Below, piece after piece: positions 27,601 through 39,600 of a DNA stretch of 64,000 bases; the stretch's first letter is position 1, and each line of letters opens with the position of its first letter. The DNA is taken from assembly GCF_009914755.1 (NCBI RefSeq), contig NC_060937.1, one strand, 5' to 3'. Made by a program: the position numbers and the translations under genes. The notes under the pieces are model-generated. The model had not been told where the DNA came from, did no database searches, and saw only the letters and a program-made list of their open reading frames with translations. Origin of the DNA: the human T2T-CHM13v2.0 reference genome, Homo sapiens.

Positions 27601-30600
27601 AAACTGCTCTATCAATAGAAAGGTTCAACTCTTTTAGTTGAGTACACACATCACAAACAAGTTTCTGAGAATGCTTCTGTCTGGCTTTTATTGGAAGACG
27701 TTTCCTTTTCACCAAAGGCATCAAAGCGCTCCAAATGTCCACTTCCAGATTCTTCCAAAAGAGTGTTTGAAACGTGCTCAAAGTAAGGGAATGTTCAACT
27801 CTGTGACTTGAATGCAGATATCACCAAGTAGTTTCTAATAGTGCTTCTGTCTAGATTTTAGATGATGATATTCCCGTTTCCAACGAAATCGTTAGAGCTA
27901 TCCAAATATCCACTTACAGTTGCTACAAAAACAGTGTTTCCAAACTGCTGCATCAAAAGAAAGGTTCAACTCTGTTAGTTGAGGACACACATCACAAAGA
28001 AGTTTGTGAGAATGCTTCTGTCTAGATTTTGTATGACGATATTCCCTTTTCCAACGATATCGTTAAAGCAATCTAAATATCCATTTGCAGAATCCACAAA
28101 AATAGAGTTTCAAAGCTGCTCTGTAAAAAGAAAGGTTCCACTCTGTTAGCTGAGTACACACATCACAAACTTGTTTCTCAGAATCCTTCTGTCTCGTTTT
28201 TATGGGAAGATATTTACTTTTTCACCGTAGGCATCAAAGCGCTCCAAATGTCCACATCCAGATACTCCAGAAAGAGTGTTTCAAACCTGCTCTATGAAAG
28301 GGAATCTTCAACTCTATGAGTTGAATGCAGACATCAGAAAGAAATTTCTGAGAATGCTGCTGTCTACCTTTTATTTGAATTCCCGCTTCCAACGAAATCC
28401 TCCAAGCTATCCAAATATCCACTTGCAGATTCCACAAAAAGAGTGTTTCAAAACTGCTCTCTATCAATGGCAAAGTTCAACTCTGTTAGTTGAGGACACA
28501 TATCACTAACAAGTTTCTGAGAATGCTTCTGTCTATTTTTTATGGGAAGATATTTCCTTTTTCACCGTAGGCGTCAAGGCGATCGAAATGTCCACTTCCA
28601 CAAACTACAAAAAGAGTGTTTCAAACCTGCTCTATGAAAGGCCATGTTCATCTCTATGAGTCGAATGGAAATATCCGAAAGAAATTTCTGGGAATGCTGC
28701 TGTCTAGTTTTTATACGAATTCCCGCTTCCAACGAAATCCTCAAAGCAATCCAAATATCCACTTGCAGAATCCACAAAAAGAGTGTTTCAAAACTGCTCT
28801 ATCAATAGAAAGGTTCAACTCTTTTAGTTGAGTACACACATCACAAACAAGTTTCTGAGAATGCTTCTGTCTGGCTTTTATTGGAAGACGTTTCCTTTTC
28901 ACCAAAGGCATCAAAGCGCTCCAAATGTCCACTTCCAGATTCTTCCAAAAGAGTGTTTGAAACGTGCTCAAAGTAAGGGAATGTTCAACTCTGTGACTTG
29001 AATGCAGATATCACCAAGTAGTTTCTAATAGTGCTTCTGTCTAGATTTTAGATGATGATATTCCCGTTTCCAACGAAATCGTTAGAGCTATCCAAATATC
29101 CACTTACAGTTGCTACAAAAACAGTGTTTCCAAACTGCTGCATCAAAAGAAAGGTTCAACTCTGTTAGTTGAGGACACACATCACAAAGAAGTTTGTGAG
29201 AATGCTTCTGTCTAGATTTTGTATGACGATATTCCCTTTTCCAACGATATCGTTAAAGCAATCTAAATATCCATTTGCAGAATCCACAAAAATAGAGTTT
29301 CAAAGCTGCTCTGTAAAAAGAAAGGTTCCACTCTGTTAGCTGAGTACACACATCACAAACTTGTTTCTCAGAATCCTTCTGTCTCGTTTTTATGGGAAGA
29401 TATTTACTTTTTCACCGTAGGCATCAAAGCGCTCCAAATGTCCACATCCAGATACTCCAGAAAGAGTGTTTCAAACCTGCTCTATGAAAGGGAATCTTCA
29501 ACTCTATGAGTTGAATGCAGACATCAGAAAGAAATTTCTGAGAATGCTGCTGTCTACCTTTTATTTGAATTCCCGCTTCCAACGAAATCCTCCAAGCTAT
29601 CCAAATATCCACTTGCAGATTCCACAAAAAGAGTGTTTCAAAACTGCTCTCTATCAATGGCAAAGTTCAACTCTGTTAGTTGAGGACACATATCACCAAC
29701 AAGTTTCTGAGAATGCTTCTGTCTATTTTTTATGGGAAGATATTTCCTTTTTCACCGTAGGCGTCAAGGCGATCGAAATGTCCACTTCCACAAACTACAA
29801 AAAGAGTGTTTCAAACCTGCTCTATGAAAGGCCATGTTCATCTCTATGAGTCGAATGGAAATATCCGAAAGAAATTTCTGGGAATGCTGCTGTCTAGTTT
29901 TTATACGAATTCCCGCTTCCAACGAAATCCTCAAAGCAATCCAAATATCCACTTGCAGAATCCACAAAAAGAGTGTTTCAAAACTGCTCTATCAATAGAA
30001 AGGTTCAACTCTTTTAGTTGAGTACACACATCACAAACAAGTTTCTGAGAATGCTTCTGTCTGGCTTTTATTGGAAGACGTTTCCTTTTCACCAAAGGCA
30101 TCAAAGCGCTCCAAATGTCCACTTCCAGATTCTTCCAAAAGAGTGTTTGAAACGTGCTCAAAGTAAGGGAATGTTCAACTCTGTGACTTGAATGCAGATA
30201 TCACCAAGTAGTTTCTAATAGTGCTTCTGTCTAGATTTTAGATGATGATATTCCCGTTTCCAACGAAATCGTTAGAGCTATCCAAATATCCACTTACAGT
30301 TGCTACAAAAACAGTGTTTCCAAACTGCTGCATCAAAAGAAAGGTTCAACTCTGTTAGTTGAGGACACACATCACAAAGAAGTTTGTGAGAATGCTTCTG
30401 TCTAGATTTTGTATGACGATATTCCCTTTTCCAACGATATCGTTAAAGCAATCTAAATATCCATTTGCAGAATCCACAAAAATAGAGTTTCAAAGCTGCT
30501 CTGTAAAAAGAAAGGTTCCACTCTGTTAGCTGAGTACACACATCACAAACTTGTTTCTCAGAATCCTTCTGTCTCGTTTTTATGGGAAGATATTTACTTT

Positions 30601-32993
30601 TTCACCGTAGGCATCAAAGCGCTCCAAATGTCCACATCCAGATACTCCAGAAAGAGTGTTTCAAACCTGCTCTATGAAAGGGAATCTTCAACTCTATGAG
30701 TTGAATGCAGACATCAGAAAGAAATTTCTGAGAATGCTGCTGTCTACCTTTTATTTGAATTCCCGCTTCCAACGAAATCCTCCAAGCTATCCAAATATCC
30801 ACTTGCAGATTCCACAAAAAGAGTGTTTCAAAACTGCTCTCTATCAATGGCAAAGTTCAACTCTGTTAGTTGAGGACACATATCACCAACAAGTTTCTGA
30901 GAATGCTTCTGTCTATTTTTTATGGGAAGATATTTCCTTTTTCACCGTAGGCGTCAAGGCGATCGAAATGTCCACTTCCACAAACTACAAAAAGAGTGTT
31001 TCAAACCTGCTCTATGAAAGGCCATGTTCATCTCTATGAGTCGAATGGAAATATCCGAAAGAAATTTCTGGGAATGCTGCTGTCTAGTTTTTATACGAAT
31101 TCCCGCTTCCAACGAAATCCTCAAAGCAATCCTAATATCCACTTGCAGAATCCACAAAAAGAGTGTTTCAAAACTGCTCTATCAATAGAAAGGTTCAACT
31201 CTTTTAGTTGAGTACACACATCACAAACAAGTTTCTGAGAATGCTTCTGTCTGGCTTTTATTGGAAGACGTTTCCTTTTCACCAAAGGCATCAAAGCGCT
31301 CCAAATGTCCACTTCCAGATTCTTCCAAAAGAGTGTTTGAAACGTGCTCAAAGTAAGGGAATGTTCAACTCTGTGACTTGAATGCAGATATCACCAAGTA
31401 GTTTCTAATAGTGCTTCTGTCTAGATTTTAGATGATGATATTCCCGTTTCCAACGAAATCGTTAGAGCTATCCAAATATCCACTTACAGTTGCTACAAAA
31501 ACAGTGTTTCCAAACTGCTGCATCAAAAGAAAGGTTCAACTCTGTTAGTTGAGGACACACATCACAAAGAAGTTTGTGAGAATGCTTCTGTCTAGATTTT
31601 GTATGACGATATTCCCTTTTCCAACGATATCGTTAAAGCAATCTAAATATCCATTTGCAGAATCCACAAAAATAGAGTTTCAAAGCTGCTCTGTAAAAAG
31701 AAAGGTTCCACTCTGTTAGCTGAGTACACACATCACAAACTTGTTTCTCAGAATCCTTCTGTCTCGTTTTTCTGGGAAGATATTTACTTTTTCACCGTAG
31801 GCATCAAAGCGCTCCAAATGTCCACATCCAGATACTCCAGAAAGAGTGTTTCAAACCTGCTCTATGAAAGGGAATCTTCAACTCTATGAGTTGAATGCAG
31901 ACATCAGAAAGAAATTTCTGAGAATGCTGCTGTCTACCTTTTATTTGAATTCCCGCTTCCAACGAAATCCTCCAAGCTATCCAAATATCCACTTGCAGAT
32001 TCCACAAAAAGAGTGTTTCAAAACTGCTCTCTATCAATGGCAAAGTTCAACTCTGTTAGTTGAGGACACATATCACCAACAAGTTTCTGAGAATGCTTCT
32101 GTCTATTTTTTATGGGAAGATATTTCCTTTTTCACCGTAGGCGTCAAGGCGATCGAAATGTCCACTTCCACAAACTACAAAAAGAGTGTTTCAAACCTGC
32201 TCTATGAAAGGCCATGTTCATCTCTATGAGTCGAATGGAAATATCCGAAAGAAATTTCTGGGAATGCTGCTGTCTAGTTTTTATACGAATTCCCGCTTCC
32301 AACGAAATCCTCAAAGCAATCCAAATATCCACTTGCAGAATCCACAAAAAGAGTGTTTCAAAACTGCTCTATCAATAGAAAGGTTCAACTCTTTTAGTTG
32401 AGTACACACATCACAAACAAGTTTCTGAGAATGCTTCTGTCTGGCTTTTATTGGAAGACGTTTCCTTTTCACCAAAGGCATCAAAGCGCTCCAAATGTCC
32501 ACTTCCAGATTCTTCCAAAAGAGTGTTTGAAACGTGCTCAAAGTAAGGGAATGTTCAACTCTGTGACTTGAATGCAGATATCACCAAGTAGTTTCTAATA
32601 GTGCTTCTGTCTAGATTTTAGATGATGATATTCCCGTTTCCAACGAAATCGTTAGAGCTATCCAAATATCCACTTACAGTTGCTACAAAAACAGTGTTTC
32701 CAAACTGCTGCATCAAAAGAAAGGTTCAACTCTGTTAGTTGAGGACACACATCACAAAGAAGTTTGTGAGAATGCTTCTGTCTAGATTTTGTATGACCAT
32801 ATTCCCTTTTCCAGCGATATCATTAAAGCAATCTAAATATCCATTTGCAGAATCCACAAAAATAGAGTTTCAAAGCTGCTCTGTAAAAAGAAAGGTTCCA
32901 CTCTGTTAGCTGAGTACACACATCACAAACTTGTTTCTCAGAATCCTTCTGTCTCGTTTTTATGGGAAGATATTTACTTTTTCACCGTAGGCA
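24664..32993 (-). repeat. Longest run of consecutive 7-mers (7 copies, 8330 bp)
   Basis: Unit starts at 24664, 25854, 27044, 28234, 29424, 30614 and 31804. Confidence 0.92.
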
Positions 32994-33671
32994 TCAAAGC
33001 GCTCCAAATGTCCACATCCAGATACTCCAGAAAGAGTGTTTCAAACCTGCTCTATGAAAGGGAATCTTCAACTCTATGAGTTGAATGCAGACATCAGAAA
33101 GAAATTTCTGAGAATGCTGCTGTCTACCTTTTATTTGAACTCCCGCTTCCAACGAAATCCTCCAAGCTATCCAAATATCCACTTGCATTTTCCACAAAAA
33201 GAGTGCTTCAAAACTGCTCTATCAATAAATGTTCAACTCCTTTAGCTGGGTGCACACATCACAAACAAGTTTCTGAGAATGCTTCTGTCTAGTTTTTATG
33301 GGAAGACATTCCCTTTTTCACCAAAGGCATCAAAGCGCTCCAAATGTCCACTTCCAGACACTACAAAAAGAGTGTTTCCAACGTGCTCTAAGAAAGCGAA
33401 TGTTCAACTCTGTGACTTGAATGCAGATATCACAAAGTAGTTTCTGAGAGGGCTTCTGTCTAGATTTTAGATGATGATATTCCCGTTTCCAACGAAATCA
33501 TTAGAGCTATCCAAATATCCACTTACGGTTTCTACAAAAAGAGTGTTTCCAAACTGCTGCATCAAAAGAGAGGTTCCACTCTGTTAGCTGAGTACACACA
33601 TCACAAACTTGTTTCTGAGAATCCTTCTGTGTCGTTTTTATGGCAAGATATTTACTTTTTCACCGTAGGCA
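32994..33671 (-). repeat. 4-monomer unit, haplotype B (678 bp); also at 34862, 37920, 46414, 56100, 63406 (truncated)
   Basis: Diagnostic words: gaaCtccc (EcoRI lost), gagtgCttc, 2-bp deletion caataaatg, ctttAgctgggtGcac, ttacGgttt, ctGagaatccttctgtGtcg. Confidence 0.92.
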
Positions 33672-36600
33672 TCAAAGCGCTCCAAATGTCCACATCCAGA
33701 TACTCCAGAAAGAGTGTTTCAAACCTGCTCTATGAAAGGGAATCTTCAACTCTATGAGTTGAATGCAGACATCAGAAAGAAATTTCTGAGAATGCTGCTG
33801 TCTACCTTTTATTTGAATTCCCGCTTCCAACGAAATCCTCCAAGCTATCCAAATATCCACTTGCAGATTCCACAAAAAGAGTGTTTCAAAACTGCTCTCT
33901 ATCAATGGCAAAGTTCAACTCTGTTAGTTGAGGACACATATCACCAACAAGTTTCTGAGAATGCTTCTGTCTATTTTTTATGGGAAGATATTTCCTTTTT
34001 CACCGTAGGCGTCAAGGCGATCGAAATGTCCACTTCCACAAACTACAAAAAGAGTGTTTCAAACCTGCTCTATGAAAGGCCATGTTCATCTCTATGAGTC
34101 GAATGGAAATATCCGAAAGAAATTTCTGGGAATGCTGCTGTCTAGTTTTTATACGAATTCCCGCTTCCAACGAAATCCTCAAAGCAATCCAAATATCCAC
34201 TTGCAGAATCCACAAAAAGAGTGTTTCAAAACTGCTCTATCAATAGAAAGGTTCAACTCTTTTAGTTGAGTACACACATCACAAACAAGTTTCTGAGAAT
34301 GCTTCTGTCTGGCTTTTATTGGAAGACGTTTCCTTTTCACCAAAGGCATCAAAGCGCTCCAAATGTCCACTTCCAGATTCTTCCAAAAGAGTGTTTGAAA
34401 CGTGCTCAAAGTAAGGGAATGTTCAACTCTGTGACTTGAATGCAGATATCACCAAGTAGTTTCTAATAGTGCTTCTGTCTAGATTTTAGATGATGATATT
34501 CCCGTTTCCAACGAAATCGTTAGAGCTATCCAAATATCCACTTACAGTTGCTACAAAAACAGTGTTTCCAAACTGCTGCATCAAAAGAAAGGTTCAACTC
34601 TGTTAGTTGAGGACACACATCACAAAGAAGTTTGTGAGAATGCTTCTGTCTAGATTTTGTATGACCATATTCCCTTTTCCAGCGATATCATTAAAGCAAT
34701 CTAAATATCCATTTGCAGAATCCACAAAAATAGAGTTTCAAAGCTGCTCTGTAAAAAGAAAGGTTCCACTCTGTTAGCTGAGTACACACATCACAAACTT
34801 GTTTCTCAGAATCCTTCTGTCTCGTTTTTATGGGAAGATATTTACTTTTTCACCGTAGGCACCAAAGCGCTCCAAATGTCCACATCCAGATACTCCAGAA
34901 AGAGTGTTTCAAACCTGCTCTATGAAAGGGAATCTTCAACTCTATGAGTTGAATGCAGACATCAGAAAGAAATTTCTGAGAATGCTGCTGTCTACCTTTT
35001 ATTTGAACTCCCGCTTCCAACGAAATCCTCCAAGCTATCCAAATATCCACTTGCATTTTCCACAAAAAGAGTGCTTCAAAACTGCTCTATCAATAAATGT
35101 TCAACTCCTTTAGCTGGGTGCACACATCACAAACAAGTTTCTGAGAATGCTTCTGTCTAGTTTTTATGGGAAGACATTCCCTTTTTCACCAAAGGCATCA
35201 AAGCGCTCCAAATGTCCACTTCCAGACACTACAAAAAGAGTGTTTCCAACGTGCTCTAAGAAAGCGAATGTTCAACTCTGTGACTTGAATGCAGATATCA
35301 CAAAGTAGTTTCTGAGAGGGCTTCTGTCTAGATTTTAGATGATGATATTCCCGTTTCCAACGAAATCATTAGAGCTATCCAAATATCCACTTACGGTTTC
35401 TACAAAAAGAGTGTTTCCAAACTGCTGCATCAAAAGAGAGGTTCCACTCTGTTAGCTGAGTACACACATCACAAACTTGTTTCTGAGAATCCTTCTGTGT
35501 CGTTTTTATGGGAAGATATTTACTTTTTCACCGTAGGCATCAAAGCGCTCCAAATGTCCACATCCAGATACTCCAGAAAGAGTGTTTCAAACCTGCTCTA
35601 TGAAAGGGAATCTTCAACTCTATGAGTTGAATGCAGACATCAGAAAGAAATTTCTGAGAATGCTGCTGTCTACCTTTTATTTGAATTCCCGCTTCCAACG
35701 AAATCCTCCAAGCTATCCAAATATCCACTTGCAGATTCCACAAAAAGAGTGTTTCAAAACTGCTCTCTATCAATGGCAAAGTTCAACTCTGTTAGTTGAG
35801 GACACATATCACCAACAAGTTTCTGAGAATGCTTCTGTCTATTTTTTATGGGAAGATATTTCCTTTTTCACCGTAGGCGTCAAGGCGATCGAAATGTCCA
35901 CTTCCACAAACTACAAAAAGAGTGTTTCAAACCTGCTCTATGAAAGGCCATGTTCATCTCTATGAGTCGAATGGAAATATCCGAAAGAAATTTCTGGGAA
36001 TGCTGCTGTCTAGTTTTTATACGAATTCCCACTTCCAACGAAATCCTCAAAGCAATCCAAATATCCACTTGCAGAATCCACAAAAAGAGTGTTTCAAAAC
36101 TGCTCTATCAATAGAAAGGTTCAACTCTTTTAGTTGAGTACACACATCACAAACAAGTTTCTGAGAATGCTTCTGTCTGGCTTTTATTGGAAGACGTTTC
36201 CTTTTCACCAAAGGCATCAAAGCGCTCCAAATGTCCACTTCCAGATTCTTCCAAAAGAGTGTTTGAAACGTGCTCAAAGTAAGGGAATGTTCAACTCTGT
36301 GACTTGAATGCAGATATCACCAAGTAGTTTCTAATAGTGCTTCTGTCTAGATTTTAGATGATGATATTCCCGTTTCCAACGAAATCGTTAGAGCTATCCA
36401 AATATCCACTTACAGTTGCTACAAAAACAGTGTTTCCAAACTGCTGCATCAAAAGAAAGGTTCAACTCTGTTAGTTGAGGACACACATCACAAAGAAGTT
36501 TGTGAGAATGCTTCTGTCTAGATTTTGTATGACGATATTCCCTTTTCCAACGATATCGTTAAAGCAATCTAAATATCCATTTGCAGAATCCACAAAAATA

Positions 36601-39600
36601 GAGTTTCAAAGCTGCTCTGTAAAAAGAAAGGTTCCACTCTGTTAGCTGAGTACACACATCACAAACTTGTTTCTCAGAATCCTTCTGTCTCGTTTTTCTG
36701 GGAAGATATTTACTTTTTCACCGTAGGCATCAAAGCGCTCCAAATGTCCACATCCAGATACTCCAGAAAGAGTGTTTCAAACCTGCTCTATGAAAGGGAA
36801 TCTTCAACTCTATGAGTTGAATGCAGACATCAGAAAGAAATTTCTGAGAATGCTGCTGTCTACCTTTTATTTGAATTCCCGCTTCCAACGAAATCCTCCA
36901 AGCTATCCAAATATCCACTTGCAGATTCCACAAAAAGAGTGTTTCAAAACTGCTCTCTATCAATGGCAAAGTTCAACTCTGTTAGTTGAGGACACATATC
37001 ACCAACAAGTTTCTGAGAATGCTTCTGTCTATTTTTTATGGGAAGATATTTCCTTTTTCACCGTAGGCGTCAAGGCGATCGAAATGTCCACTTCCACAAA
37101 CTACAAAAAGAGTGTTTCAAACCTGCTCTATGAAAGGCCATGTTCATCTCTATGAGTCGAATGGAAATATCCGAAAGAAATTTCTGGGAATGCTGCTGTC
37201 TAGTTTTTATACGAATTCCCGCTTCCAACGAAATCCTCAAAGCAATCCAAATATCCACTTGCAGAATCCACAAAAAGAGTGTTTCAAAACTGCTCTATCA
37301 ATAGAAAGGTTCAACTCTTTTAGTTGAGTACACACATCACAAACAAGTTTCTGAGAATGCTTCTGTCTGGCTTTTATTGGAAGACGTTTCCTTTTCACCA
37401 AAGGCATCAAAGCGCTCCAAATGTCCACTTCCAGATTCTTCCAAAAGAGTGTTTGAAACGTGCTCAAAGTAAGGGAATGTTCAACTCTGTGACTTGAATG
37501 CAGATATCACCAAGTAGTTTCTAATAGTGCTTCTGTCTAGATTTTAGATGATGATATTCCCGTTTCCAACGAAATCGTTAGAGCTATCCAAATATCCACT
37601 TACAGTTTCTACAAAAAGAGTGTTTCCAAACTGCTGCATCAAAAGAAAGGTTCAACTCTGTTAGTTGAGGACACACATCACAAAGAAGTTTGTGAGAATG
37701 CTTCTGTCTAGATTTTGTATGACCATATTCCCTTTTCCAGCGATATCATTAAAGCAATCTAAATATCCATTTGCAGAATCCACAAAAATAGAGTTTCAAA
37801 GCTGCTCTGTAAAAAGAAAGGTTCCACTCTGTTAGCTGAGTACACACATCACAAACTTGTTTCTCAGAATCCTTCTGTCTCGTTTTTATGGGAAGATATT
37901 TACTTTTTCACCGTAGGCATCAAAGCGCTCCAAATGTCCACATCCAGATACTCCAGAAAGAGTGTTTCAAACCTGCTCTATGAAAGGGAATCTTCAACTC
38001 TATGAGTTGAATGCAGACATCAGAAAGAAATTTCTGAGAATGCTGCTGTCTACCTTTTATTTGAACTCCCGCTTCCAACGAAATCCTCCAAGCTATCCAA
38101 ATATCCACTTGCATTTTCCACAAAAAGAGTGCTTCAAAACTGCTCTATCAATAAATGTTCAACTCCTTTAGCTGGGTGCACACATCACAATCAAGTTTCT
38201 GAGAATGCTTCTGTCTAGTTTTTATGGGAAGACATTCCCTTTTTCACCAAAGGCATCAAAGCGCTCCAAATGTCCACTTCCAGACACTACAAAAAGAGTG
38301 TTTCCAACGTGCTCTAAGAAAGCGAATGTTCAACTCTGTGACTTGAATGCAGATATCACAAAGTAGTTTCTGAGAGGGCTTCTGTCTAGATTTTAGATGA
38401 TGATATTCCCGTTTCCAACGAAATCATTAGAGCTATCCAAATATCCACTTACGGTTTCTACAAAAAGAGTGTTTCCAAACTGCTGCATCAAAAGAGAGGT
38501 TCCACTCTGTTAGCTGAGTACACACATCACAAACTTGTTTCTGAGAATCCTTCTGTGTCGTTTTTATGGGAAGATATTTACTTTTTCACCGTAGGCATCA
38601 AAGCGCTCCAAATGTCCACATCCAGATACTCCAGAAAGAGTGTTTCAAACCTGCTCTATGAAAGGGAATCTTCAACTCTATGAGTTGAATGCAGACATCA
38701 GAAAGAAATTTCTGAGAATGCTGCTGTCTACCTTTTATTTGAATTCCCGCTTCCAACGAAATCCTCCAAGCTATCCAAATATCCACTTGCAGATTCCACA
38801 AAAAGAGTGTTTCAAAACTGCTCTCTATCAATGGCAAAGTTCAACTCTGTTAGTTGAGGACACATATCACCAACAAGTTTCTGAGAATGCTTCTGTCTAT
38901 TTTTTATGGGAAGATATTTCCTTTTTCACCGTAGGCGTCAAGGCGATCGAAATGTCCACTTCCACAAACTACAAAAAGAGTGTTTCAAACCTGCTCTATG
39001 AAAGGCCATGTTCATCTCTATGAGTCGAATGGAAATATCCGAAAGAAATTTCTGGGAATGCTGCTGTCTAGTTTTTATACGAATTCCCGCTTCCAACGAA
39101 ATCCTCAAAGCAATCCAAATATCCACTTGCAGAATCCACAAAAAGAGTGTTTCAAAACTGCTCTATCAATAGAAAGGTTCAACTCTTTTAGTTGAGTACA
39201 CACATCACAAACAAGTTTCTGAGAATGCTTCTGTCTGGCTTTTATTGGAAGACGTTTCCTTTTCACCAAAGGCATCAAAGCGCTCCAAATGTCCACTTCC
39301 AGATTCTTCCAAAAGAGTGTTTGAAACGTGCTCAAAGTAAGGGAATGTTCAACTCTGTGACTTGAATGCAGATATCACCAAGTAGTTTCTAATAGTGCTT
39401 CTGTCTAGATTTTAGATGATGATATTCCCGTTTCCAACGAAATCGTTAGAGCTATCCAAATATCCACTTACAGTTGCTACAAAAACAGTGTTTCCAAACT
39501 GCTGCATCAAAAGAAAGGTTCAACTCTGTTAGTTGAGGACACACATCACAAAGAAGTTTGTGAGAATGCTTCTGTCTAGATTTTGTATGACGATATTCCC

